A DNA stretch of 64,000 nucleotides, taken from a virus. The notes beneath the pieces are model-generated. The model saw nothing but the letters and a program-made list of their open reading frames with translations, searched no databases and was not told the origin of the DNA. The position numbers were made by a program, and so were the translations under genes. The DNA is taken from the IMG/VR virus record IMGVR_UViG_2895663684_000002, one strand, 5' to 3'. Shown here one piece after another: positions 28,352 through 36,609 of this stretch. Numbering within the stretch: position 1 is the first letter of the stretch; every line of letters starts with the position of its first letter.

Positions 28352-28945
28352 TTATTCTTCATTCACTTTAATTTGTTTAAAGAAGCTTGTTTTAAATGGC
28401 ATAGCTGAAATTTCTGATTGTGTGAATTTAGATTGAAAAGCTTGTATTTCAAATTTATCATCTAGAGAATATTTTTTTAATTCTTTATCATAATTTAAAT
28501 AAACAGAATACATTTCAAAAGAGTCTGGTGCTTTTAAATAAAATTGCTCTTCTTTAGGAAGCTTGATAGTCCAAAGTTCTCTAAAAGCTAAATTCATATT
28601 AAATCTAATGCAAGCATTACCATGTTGATCAATTAAGTTATTTCCGTTTGTTCCTTTTCCTACTATTAAATAATCAAATACGTTATGTGGTGCTACTTTA
28701 GTTCCCACTGGTAACTTATCACTTTCTACCATTGCTACAATCTCACTAAATTTATAATGTTTCGATTCATCAATTTTTGTCATTTTTTCTAACTCCTCTA
28801 AATAATATTTCATCATGTTTGAAAACATTGTTTTTCCTTGATTTCTTGGCATTACCATATAGGCACGATCAGTAGGCAACTTCGTACATCTACGTACAAT
28901 ATCTTGCCACTGTTCGTCATTATAAAATGCGTTAGGATTAAACAT
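28352..28945 (-). CDS. Hypothetical protein, possibly a two-gene fusion
   Basis: Internal GAGGAG RBS + ATG at 28783; C-terminal KEEQFYLK...LNY...QSKFTQSEI pattern seen in phage early proteins. Confidence 0.6.
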   Translation of the reverse strand: MFNPNAFYNDEQWQDIVRRCTKLPTDRAYMVMPRNQGKTMFSNMMKYYLEELEKMTKIDESKHYKFSEIVAMVESDKLPVGTKVAPHNVFDYLIVGKGTNGNNLIDQHGNACIRFNMNLAFRELWTIKLPKEEQFYLKAPDSFEMYSVYLNYDKELKKYSLDDKFEIQAFQSKFTQSEISAMPFKTSFFKQIKVNEE

Positions 28946-28968
28946 TATTTACTCACTCCCATTTTCTG

Positions 28969-29038
28969 TGGTATACTTTATTCAAATAATTTTTACTAAC
29001 TGACTGACTAGGGCTGGTATCCTTAGTTGGTCTTTTTT
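28969..29038 (+). ncRNA. Candidate ~55-nt antisense sRNA (promoter to terminator)
   Basis: Extended -10 TG-G-TATACT at 28969-28977; 12-bp hairpin 29002-29032 followed by T6. Confidence 0.4.
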
Positions 29039-29298
29039 ATATCTAAATGCCAATAATTAGATTCAAAGAATATTTGCTTAAATCCATTCATACAATATGA
29101 TTCTTTTATCTTTTCTTTTAATTTTCTTTTTTCAGCCATAGCACTATTGGATCCACCAACGTTTCCAAATCGTTTTAGAAATCTGATTTTAAACTCAGAA
29201 TAGTTATCCGCTGTAAATGATAATATAGTCGGTGCGTTTAACAGTCGGCTACCTGCTGTAATTTTTAACGTGTACATATTTTCTTCACCTCCCTTCAT
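29023..29298 (-). CDS. Hypothetical early protein (probable start MYTLK)
   Basis: GGAGGTG RBS before the internal ATG. Confidence 0.6.
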   Translation of the reverse strand: MKGGEENMYTLKITAGSRLLNAPTILSFTADNYSEFKIRFLKRFGNVGGSNSAMAEKRKLKEKIKESYCMNGFKQIFFESNYWHLDIKKTN

Positions 29299-29459
29299 AA
29301 TTCTTCAATCCGATTCATTAAGTCTTGATGCATCATGCTTGCGTAACTATCTTCTGGATAAGCTGTAGATAAATCGTTTGCTATTAATTCCAAACGTTTC
29401 TTATTTGCTCTTGCTTCATTGATACGTTTCTTAAAAGTGCTGATATCACTCACTGTCAT
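29295..29459 (-). CDS. Small 54-aa early protein, not in ORF track
   Basis: MTVSDISTFKKRINEARANKKRLELIANDLSTAY...RIEEL*; GAGGG RBS. Confidence 0.6.
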   Translation of the reverse strand: MTVSDISTFKKRINEARANKKRLELIANDLSTAYPEDSYASMMHQDLMNRIEEL

Positions 29460-29481
29460 TGGTCATTCCCTCTTTCTTAAT

Positions 29482-29499
29482 TAATACCGCCCAGTATTA
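29482..29499 (-). promoter_or_regulatory. Hairpin with TGGGCG loop downstream of the xis-like gene
   Basis: Minus strand TAATAC-TGGGCG-GTATTA; the same 14-mer occurs in the integrase leader. Confidence 0.45.
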
Positions 29500-29503
29500 T
29501 TTT

Positions 29504-29797
29504 TTAATTCCATTCAGAAATTACTTTAATAATTTCGTCTCTTAAATATCGTTTCTCTTTACCGAATGATAATTCAGTCAACCAGTAAGGTTTGCGACCA
29601 TTAGGACGTACTCTCTTAAATGGTTTGATTCGTGTATCATCCAAAATATTATCTTCCAAATACTGTTCATCCATATCCGTCATCTTACAAAGGGTTTCTT
29701 TATTCACTGAAATGTAATCAATTGGATCAAGTAATTCTTTAATCGTATCTTGAATGACTGATTTTATTTCTTTCTCGTTTGCTGTGACTTGAAACAT
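29504..29797 (-). CDS. Excisionase-like winged-HTH protein (DUF771-like)
   Basis: VNKETLCKMTDM...ILDD.RIK...GRKPYW pattern; directly after cro. Confidence 0.55.
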   Translation of the reverse strand: MFQVTANEKEIKSVIQDTIKELLDPIDYISVNKETLCKMTDMDEQYLEDNILDDTRIKPFKRVRPNGRKPYWLTELSFGKEKRYLRDEIIKVISEWN

Positions 29798-29814
29798 TGT
29801 TAATCACCTCCACA

Positions 29815-30006
29815 TCATCTTATTTTGTAATACTCAATAAGTGCTGTTAGTGTTTCATGAGCTTTCTTACTTTGATTCTTTCCTGTTAGATAATCATTTA
29901 AGTCTTGTTTATTAACATTGAAATAAGTAGCTACACTGATAAGTGAAATCCCCTTATTATCAAAATAATTACGAATCTTCTCTCTCGCTGTACTTGTATC
30001 TGGCAC
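29815..30006 (-). CDS. Cro-like HTH regulator
   Basis: 63-aa HTH (ISLISVATYFNVNKQDLNDYLTG), divergent from the repressor; AGGAGG RBS, GTG start. Confidence 0.75.
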   Translation of the reverse strand: MPDTSTAREKIRNYFDNKGISLISVATYFNVNKQDLNDYLTGKNQSKKAHETLTALIEYYKIR

Positions 30007-30282
30007 AATTAAGACCTCCTTTTTTATAATTTGTAAGTTAATTTAATAGAATTCAACAATTTTGTTGACTTGAATTATAAAATACGATACTATTAATACA
30101 TAGTTAATAAGCCTAATGCATTAACCTTTTAATTACGTTGGGGAACGTTTTAAGGTCTATTTAGTCGCTTTTTTTCTATCAAATTAACTTACACGATTAG
30201 TATATTATAAAATAAGATACTTGTAAAGTGTTTTGTTGTAAAATACGATACTTATTTTGTAAGATATTAGGAGAATGCTGAT
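30007..30282. promoter_or_regulatory. Genetic switch: three promoters, three operator-like repeats, structured leader
   Basis: TAAAATA(C/A)GATACT at 30078, 30208, 30239. Promoters: TTGACT-17-TACTAT (+, 30065-30093), TTTACA-17-TATACT (-, 30227-30199), TTGTAA-18-TAAGAT (+, 30236-30265). 20-bp inverted repeat 30032-30051/30174-30193. Confidence 0.7.
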
Positions 30283-30597
30283 ATGTCGCTGTTAGAACGA
30301 GTAAAATTTTTAGCTAATAAACAAAAAATATCTCTAAAAGAACTAGCTTTAAAATTAGGAATGGGTGAAAGTGCAATTTACAAATGGGACAAAAGTGCTC
30401 CTTCAACTGACAATCTAAAAAAAGTTGCTGATTACTTTGGAGTTTCTACTGACTACTTGTTAGGCAGAGACGAACCAGAAATAATTGAGGATGAAAAATT
30501 AAAAGTTATTGCATCGCATATAGATGATGATGTGACTGAAGATGATATGGAAGAAATATTAAACTTTATTGAATTTATTAAAAGTAAAAATAAGTAG
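30283..30597 (+). CDS. CI-like Xre repressor (ImmR-type, no S24 domain)
   Basis: HTH_3 pattern SLKELALKLGMGESAIYKW...KKVADYFGVSTDYLLG. Confidence 0.9.
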   Translation: MSLLERVKFLANKQKISLKELALKLGMGESAIYKWDKSAPSTDNLKKVADYFGVSTDYLLGRDEPEIIEDEKLKVIASHIDDDVTEDDMEEILNFIEFIKSKNK

Positions 30598-30599
30598 GT

Positions 30600-31067
30600 G
30601 TGTGGATGAATCGATTAGAAAAAATAGTAGATGATAATCAACATTTGGATTTCAAATTTAACACTTCTATGAATAGTAAGCATGGTGCTTTTATTTACGG
30701 AAATAATGTTTACGTTAATTCAAAACGTGGATATAAACAAAATATAGCTGATATTGCTGAAGAAGTCGGTCATGATAAAACATCAGTTGGTGATCTATCT
30801 TGTTTAAATACTATTGAAAAATGCCAACAAGAAGCACGTGCTAGACAATGGGGTTACAGATACTTAGTCCCATTAGATGATTTAATCGTATGTTATAAGC
30901 TGGGGTTGCGTGAGTATTGGGAGGTTGCAGAATTTTTAGAAATACCACCTGCTTATTTATGGGAAACAATTAATTATTACCGCGATACAAAAGGATTAGT
31001 ATTTTACTATAAAGACTGCCAATTTGTCTTTGGAAGGTCAGATAGTTTAAAAATTTATTTTAATTAA
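30600..31067 (+). CDS. ImmA/IrrE-family metalloprotease (anti-repressor)
   Basis: AEEVGH zinc-site variant and QEARARQWG motif; adjacent to the repressor. Confidence 0.85.
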   Translation: MWMNRLEKIVDDNQHLDFKFNTSMNSKHGAFIYGNNVYVNSKRGYKQNIADIAEEVGHDKTSVGDLSCLNTIEKCQQEARARQWGYRYLVPLDDLIVCYKLGLREYWEVAEFLEIPPAYLWETINYYRDTKGLVFYYKDCQFVFGRSDSLKIYFN

Positions 31068-31079
31068 AAGGAGATTGTA

Positions 31080-31775
31080 ATGAAAAATAAAAAAATTACT
31101 ATTATAAGTTTAATTGGTATTTTATTAGTTGGTGGTTCTACATTTTACGCTTTTAATAAAGCTCAAGAAACAAATAGAGAAAAAACAGAATTAGCACAAA
31201 ATAAAATTGATAAAGCTAATAAAAAGAAACAGAATAAAATTTTAGCTGAAAAGAAAAAGTTAGAAGTTGAAAAGAAAAAACTTGAAGATGAACAGAAAGC
31301 TAAACAAGGAGAGCTAGATCTTTTAAAAGCTGAAAATAAATCAACTGAAAGTATCCAAGAAGAGTCAGACTCAAAAGAAAATTCTGCTAATGAATCTGAA
31401 ATAAGCACAGTTAATGACAATACAGTAGATAACACAGATGTTGGAAAAGAAACTATTAATGATATTCCTCAAAGAAAAGGACCTATTGTGTCAGATTCAA
31501 CCACTGTAGATGATTCACAATCAGTAATAAAAGAAATTGAAAACTACTATAACTTAAAAAGAACTGAAACAATAAATAAAAAAAGAAATCAAGTAATGCA
31601 GTGGAAAATAAATGGTGAAGTAAATTGGAGTGATGAGTTAATTAATTCCTCACTCCAGGACTTTGAAAATTCACTACCGACTATCACTTCTTATCGTGCA
31701 GAAACATTAGAGTATGCAAAAGTCTTAATCGACAAAGCCTTTGATGATAGTTATAACTATATGTTAAATAAATAA
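31080..31775 (+). CDS. Membrane-anchored extracytoplasmic protein (superinfection-exclusion candidate)
   Basis: Basic N-terminus + TM, coiled coil, S/E/D-rich linker, helical C-terminal domain; between immA and int. Confidence 0.6.
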   Translation: MKNKKITIISLIGILLVGGSTFYAFNKAQETNREKTELAQNKIDKANKKKQNKILAEKKKLEVEKKKLEDEQKAKQGELDLLKAENKSTESIQEESDSKENSANESEISTVNDNTVDNTDVGKETINDIPQRKGPIVSDSTTVDDSQSVIKEIENYYNLKRTETINKKRNQVMQWKINGEVNWSDELINSSLQDFENSLPTITSYRAETLEYAKVLIDKAFDDSYNYMLNK

Positions 31776-31815
31776 TTACAACCAATTGAAAGGATGTGGT
31801 TCTACCTACACCCCA

Positions 31816-31849
31816 CTCGTTTAATATACCGCCCAGTATAGAATGAGGG
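31816..31849 (+). promoter_or_regulatory. Integrase leader hairpin sequestering the RBS
   Basis: CTCGTTT-AA-TATAC-CGCCCA-GTATA-GAATGAG; right arm overlaps the TGAGGG SD ahead of ATG 31856. Confidence 0.5.
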
Positions 31850-33007
31850 ATGAACATGACAAAATTAATAGCTTCAAAAAAATACAAATATATTTACACT
31901 TACCGCAATACTAAAAATGAAGAAAAATGGAAAATTCGTTGGACCTATTATGATATTTACGGAAAAAGAAAAGAGTTATCTCGTGAAGGTTTATCCAGTG
32001 AGAATGAAGCCTACAAACTATTATTAGAAGCACAATCAATGGTTCAACAAGGACAATCTAAGATGATTGATTATGATAATATGAAGGTTAATACGTGGAT
32101 GCAACTGTGGTATGAATCTCATTCTGAATGGAGTGAAAGTACCAAACGACAACGAGAAATGGCAATTCGTTTACAGATTAATCCATTGATAGGTGATTAC
32201 AAATTATCTAAGTTGGATAAAATCACCTATAAGCAAGTATTCATCAATAGGCTTCTGGAAGACTACAAACCATCAACGGTTAGATTACTGCATTCTTTAT
32301 TTAAAATAGCAGTCAATGAAGCAGTTGAGGATGAAATTATTAGTCGTAATAGGTTTGGTCGTATTAAGATTCCAAAACCTAATAAAAAAGTAAAACACTT
32401 AACTGCAGCTGAATTAAGTACTTTTATAAGCACTGCTAAACGTATTGAGAACTTAACGAATTATGTATGTGTTTTGGTACTTGCTTATTCTGGTATACGA
32501 CGTGGTGAACTATTAGGTTTACAATGGGAAAATATTGATTTTAGTAACAATCAAATTACTATCAATTCTACTCGTGATAACAAAGGAAACCGTAAACCAA
32601 AAACAGATAACTCTTACCGTACTGTATTAATGGATAGTCAGATAATGGATGAACTGAAAAAATATAAATTATGGTGCCAAAAGAAACATTTATCTTTTGG
32701 TCTTAAATTTAAAGAATCTAACTTTGTTTTTATATCTGATCAAAAAGGTACACCTATAGCAGATAATACAATGATGTATTCATTTCGTAGAATTGTTAAA
32801 CATTGTGATTTAGACAATGTTCATCCTCATATGATGAGACATACACATGCGACCTTACTTTTAGAATCAAATAATCGACCAAGTATCAACTCGGTTGCAG
32901 AACGTTTAGGATGTACTCCAGAAATGATAATGAATGTTTACGCTCATGTACTAGAATCGATGCATCAAGAATTGGTATCAGCTTTTAGCAGTTCAATCGC
33001 ATTGTGA
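31850..33007 (+). CDS. int: Tyrosine integrase (probable true start 31856)
   Basis: Arm-binding N-terminus, SAM-like domain, SGIRRGE, K, HMMRHTHAT, RLG and YAH catalytic residues. Confidence 0.95.
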   Translation: MNMTKLIASKKYKYIYTYRNTKNEEKWKIRWTYYDIYGKRKELSREGLSSENEAYKLLLEAQSMVQQGQSKMIDYDNMKVNTWMQLWYESHSEWSESTKRQREMAIRLQINPLIGDYKLSKLDKITYKQVFINRLLEDYKPSTVRLLHSLFKIAVNEAVEDEIISRNRFGRIKIPKPNKKVKHLTAAELSTFISTAKRIENLTNYVCVLVLAYSGIRRGELLGLQWENIDFSNNQITINSTRDNKGNRKPKTDNSYRTVLMDSQIMDELKKYKLWCQKKHLSFGLKFKESNFVFISDQKGTPIADNTMMYSFRRIVKHCDLDNVHPHMMRHTHATLLLESNNRPSINSVAERLGCTPEMIMNVYAHVLESMHQELVSAFSSSIAL

Positions 33008-33254
33008 GGAACTCTGTGGGGATAAAAATATAAAACACCTATAATCATTGATATAACAGACTTTTGACGTTGAATAAAATTCTACAACCGTTAATTGAAT
33101 TAGCTCATGTAGAGTGATGTCAAAAGTCGTCAAATCCTTATTATAAAAGGGTTTGATGGCTTTTTGCTTTTTATTTATAAAGTGTAGAAAAGTATTAAAA
33201 AGTATTAGTTTGTGGGGATATTTGTGAGGGAAATACAAAATAATGTGGCGGTAT
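33003..33254. other. attP-like region
   Basis: Between int and lysin. Arm-like direct repeats TGTG(A/G)GG(A/G) at 33003, 33015, 33211, 33223 and TGTGGCGG at 33244; 10-bp inverted repeat GACTTTTGAC (33059-33068)/GTCAAAAGTC (33119-33128). Confidence 0.7.
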
Positions 33255-33272
33255 ATTAAATACATAATCAAA

Positions 33273-33312
33273 AAAAATAAGCCCTACTCGATTAAGAGTA
33301 AGGCTTATTTTT
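33273..33312. terminator. Bidirectional terminator at the end of the lysis cassette
   Basis: AAAAATAAGCC-CTACTC-GATTAA-GAGTA-AGGCTTATTTTT. Confidence 0.75.
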
Positions 33313-34117
33313 AATATTTAAGAACTTGACCTGGATAGATTAAGTTTGGATTGCTAATCCCATTTGAATTAACAAGATGTTGGGTGCTGACACCTAAGTT
33401 TTGAGCGATGATACTTAAAACATCACCAGATTTAACTGTATATGATCCACCTGTTGAGTTACCACTACCAGATACTTGCAAAACTTGTCCTGGATAAATC
33501 AAGTTTGGATTACTGATATTGTTCATACTAGCAAGTTGACTTGTGGCCATTCCAAACTTTTGAGCAATTAAACTTAATGCATCGCCTGATTGGACGGTAT
33601 AAGTTCCATTTGATGGTTGAGGTGTGGGCTGTGGTGCTGGTGCTGGACTTCCACCTAATACTTCTGTATCCCAAGCAGTCAAACTGTTTGCGTTGATTGT
33701 TGACATGATTTTGCCTACATAGTTTGGGTCTGTGGCATAGCCAGCACGCCAGATAGCTGTAATTTGTGCGTTAGGGTCTTTTAGTCCCAAAGCTCCATCA
33801 TAACGATTAGGTTTGTTTCCATAGTTAGTCAAAAAACCGCCGTAGTCTAAAATAGATGTATTCCAGTTCGGATACACTCGGAAGCTATCTACAATGCCGA
33901 TAGGCGTTTTGCCATCGTAATATTCTGTGGTTGGCAATGAAACGCCGGCGCCTTTAATACCGAATAGATTATTGTATTTCGATGCTAGTGAACTACTTCC
34001 CCATCCACTTTCAAGCGCTGCTTGCGCTGCTGCAACACTTGGCAAAATACCGTACAATTTCCATAAAGATAAACACCCTGGTTTGATTTGATTTAAAAAA
34101 TTAGTTGCATTACTCAT
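33311..34117 (-). CDS. Endolysin: GH73 glucosaminidase + Pro-rich linker + 2 LysM
   Basis: AQAALESGWG, NNLFGIK and GYATDPNY motifs; two YTV.SGD.LS.IA...N.I.NPNLIYPGQVL repeats. Confidence 0.93.
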   Translation of the reverse strand: MSNATNFLNQIKPGCLSLWKLYGILPSVAAAQAALESGWGSSSLASKYNNLFGIKGAGVSLPTTEYYDGKTPIGIVDSFRVYPNWNTSILDYGGFLTNYGNKPNRYDGALGLKDPNAQITAIWRAGYATDPNYVGKIMSTINANSLTAWDTEVLGGSPAPAPQPTPQPSNGTYTVQSGDALSLIAQKFGMATSQLASMNNISNPNLIYPGQVLQVSGSGNSTGGSYTVKSGDVLSIIAQNLGVSTQHLVNSNGISNPNLIYPGQVLKY

Positions 34118-34512
34118 TATTTTTCATCCTCCTTGTTTTCAATAGTATCTTGCAAGATTCCTAGATATTTTTTTAAGAATCCAATGTTTACACCCATTTC
34201 ACCCATATTTTCTAAAATGCTTCCCAACTCATAGATGGTTAAAATAATCGTCCACCAAAAAGCGATATTAATTGGAATGCTAATACTCATTAGTGGTGCT
34301 AGATCATCAATGATTCCAGCAGCAATAATTGTAAAGAAGGTTACGAACTTAATTAGTAATCCTTCGATATTTAATGCTGAACGCCAGTTGTGGTCTTTTA
34401 GAGCTTTGATATAACCAGTGACTAAATCTAATAGTAAAGCTGTTAAATACAATGACATAACGGGACTTCCTCCTTTAAAAATAAATTCTAGTAAGTGATT
34501 GATAAATTGCAT
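34117..34512 (-). CDS. Holin (copy 2)
   Basis: Identical to 758..1153. Confidence 0.88.
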   Translation of the reverse strand: MQFINHLLEFIFKGGSPVMSLYLTALLLDLVTGYIKALKDHNWRSALNIEGLLIKFVTFFTIIAAGIIDDLAPLMSISIPINIAFWWTIILTIYELGSILENMGEMGVNIGFLKKYLGILQDTIENKEDEK

Positions 34513-34545
34513 TTGATGACCCTCTTTTCATAAAATTAAAAGAAG

Positions 34546-34680
34546 CTACTGTTTAGCAGCTTCTTTGTTTTCTTCAACTATTTTCTTTACTTTCTCTCTA
34601 ATTGGCAATGGTACTTGTTCAATCGTACGCTTTCCACTAATCACATGATCCGCATAGAGTTCAATCAAATTATTCAACAT
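34546..34680 (-). CDS. XkdX/CD1375-like small protein (copy 2)
   Basis: Matches 1187..1321. Confidence 0.75.
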   Translation of the reverse strand: MLNNLIELYADHVISGKRTIEQVPLPIREKVKKIVEENKEAAKQ

Positions 34681-34957
34681 TTGTCTCACCACCAGAAAGA
34701 ATTAAATCTGCTAATTCTAAAACCGTATTTTCTAAACTTTCCACTCTGTCTTTTTCTGTTTGTTCATTTTCAAAAGGCGGATTCATCTCTGCTTCTGTTG
34801 CTGTTTCCGTCCATTGATTTGTTCTGAAACTGAACTTGGGTTTCCAACAAGGTTGTGGCGGTTGAATATCAGTCCACGGTCTCTCACATGAAACATCATC
34901 TTCAACTAGCTGTGTTTCTGAAAATCCTATTTTTTCAACTTTATAGATTTCCTTCAT
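34670..34957 (-). CDS. Hypothetical tail-end protein (copy 2)
   Basis: Identical to 1311..1598. Confidence 0.7.
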   Translation of the reverse strand: MKEIYKVEKIGFSETQLVEDDVSCERPWTDIQPPQPCWKPKFSFRTNQWTETATEAEMNPPFENEQTEKDRVESLENTVLELADLILSGGETNVE

Positions 34958-34968
34958 ATTTTGACCTC

Positions 34969-36597
34969 CTAATCCACGTAATATATAGCTTCAATGTAGC
35001 AATAATCACCAGATGAATTATTATATACTGATAACATTTTCCCACCCCAAAAACGTACAATGGCAGTCCGAGTTGTGTCTGAATTTGAGAAAGTTACCCT
35101 AACTAGCGATTGATATTTCGGTGCATATCCTGGTGGTGGCGTCCAAATTACAGCCCCTCCACCTTCTGGAACTCTTAAATATCCACTTATAATAACTAGA
35201 TTGTTCACTTTTCGATAGTATACTGGATCATCGTTGTTGTTAATTGCTCCACCTGTTAATGTGGCTTTTATCAAACCGCTATCTGTAATTTTATCTTGTT
35301 TTTTTGCTAATTCAGTATTAGTGTATTTTTTAAAGTCATCAATATCTTTCTTAATTTCATTTTTGGTTACTTCCATTTGTGTTTCTACAGCTTTTTTAAA
35401 GATATCCAATTCTTCTTTAGTTGCAAAAATATCTCTTAGCGATAATTCGACTGTGTATTCTAAACTTGCATAGTCAATATAAATCGCACTAGCTGTTTTT
35501 CCGTCTGAAGGTTCAGCATAAACAAGCGCATATGCATAGCCGTCATTTTGAATATATTTTTGAGCAATACTTGCGTTTAATTGATTATATTTAAGTTCTT
35601 TTGTTTTATCGGTTACGTTTGTTTCAGACCCAGTCCAACCACTGTTTACGAATACCTTAAAACTTGCTTTATTTCCTGCGCTGTTTCTCCCTCTTGTATG
35701 CGTTGATATTGATATCGCACGTATATACCCATTAAACTTATTAACATCAATATCAAAGTTAGAAAGTTTACGTTTAAAATCTTCTAAGACGTTATATTTA
35801 AATAACATTTGACTACTGTAATTACCTGAATTTATTGTAATTGTTGTAATGACATCATCTTTATAACTGATATTCTTATACAGTCCTGCGTCTAATTCTA
35901 ACGTACCTTTTAATGTATTTGGATCAATTAAATCTATTAATCCAACACCGCTATATGGCGTACGATACGCTATATTAGGATTTTCAACTAATGACCCAAC
36001 TACTTTATCTTTATAATCCATCGTAAACGTAGCGCTTATTTTTTCGCCAGCTATCAGTTTAATAAGCATACGGTCTATTTCTTCTTTGCTGTATGTGTTC
36101 ATGGCTTTGAACATTTCTAGAAGTACGTCTAGTCGTTCTTTGAAATCTTTGTAGTCATTGGCTAAATTTAGTCCCATTTCTTCGAGTTTACGTTTAAGTT
36201 CTTCAAACTCCCAAATATAATTTCCTTGATTTACTTCTTTACAATGACCTTGAATCACACGATACTCAAAGTTTGCTGTACTATCACGAGTACCATTAAT
36301 TTCAAAGCTAAACCATAGTGAAATGTCACCTAGACATTGCCAAAAGCTATCAATCAAAGTATAAGAAAAATGACCATTTTTAGGATTGATTAAATCAGTC
36401 ACTTTATCCCTAACAGTTGACTGGTTCGGCATTTTACTATTTAAATAAATATCATAGCCTGTCAAATCAACTAATTTGTCATGTTCGTATACCGTTACGG
36501 ATAACTGTTGGGTCATCGTATCATCTTGGCGTATTTTGATTAACCCAACGTCATTATTCGGTTCAGTTGTGCTTAAATTGAGTTTATATGTTGTCAT
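34969..36597 (-). CDS. BppU/RBP (copy 2)
   Basis: Identical to 1610..3238. Confidence 0.8.
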   Translation of the reverse strand: MTTYKLNLSTTEPNNDVGLIKIRQDDTMTQQLSVTVYEHDKLVDLTGYDIYLNSKMPNQSTVRDKVTDLINPKNGHFSYTLIDSFWQCLGDISLWFSFEINGTRDSTANFEYRVIQGHCKEVNQGNYIWEFEELKRKLEEMGLNLANDYKDFKERLDVLLEMFKAMNTYSKEEIDRMLIKLIAGEKISATFTMDYKDKVVGSLVENPNIAYRTPYSGVGLIDLIDPNTLKGTLELDAGLYKNISYKDDVITTITINSGNYSSQMLFKYNVLEDFKRKLSNFDIDVNKFNGYIRAISISTHTRGRNSAGNKASFKVFVNSGWTGSETNVTDKTKELKYNQLNASIAQKYIQNDGYAYALVYAEPSDGKTASAIYIDYASLEYTVELSLRDIFATKEELDIFKKAVETQMEVTKNEIKKDIDDFKKYTNTELAKKQDKITDSGLIKATLTGGAINNNDDPVYYRKVNNLVIISGYLRVPEGGGAVIWTPPPGYAPKYQSLVRVTFSNSDTTRTAIVRFWGGKMLSVYNNSSGDYCYIEAIYYVD

Positions 36598-36609
36598 GTT
36601 TTACCTCCT

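Larger units (their letters stand above)
1..33359. mobile_element. Temperate siphophage genome, unit copy 1 (circularly permuted)
   Basis: Complete lysogeny, replication, packaging, head, tail and lysis modules; no host genes. Confidence 0.95.

Noticed and set aside
30600-31067. ImmA-like protease lacking canonical HExxH
   Set aside because: The AEExGH variant is common in phage ImmA/IrrE proteins and is not evidence of inactivation.
31788-31846. Possible leader peptide upstream of int (SD-like AAAGGATGTG)
   Set aside because: The only ATG/GTG codons overlap the SD-like sequence itself, so spacing is unusable; kept only as context for the int leader hairpin.
32993-33271. 92-aa minus-strand ORF across the attP region
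   Set aside because: Overlaps the arm-type repeats and int stop, has low-complexity aromatic composition and no clear RBS; likely spurious.
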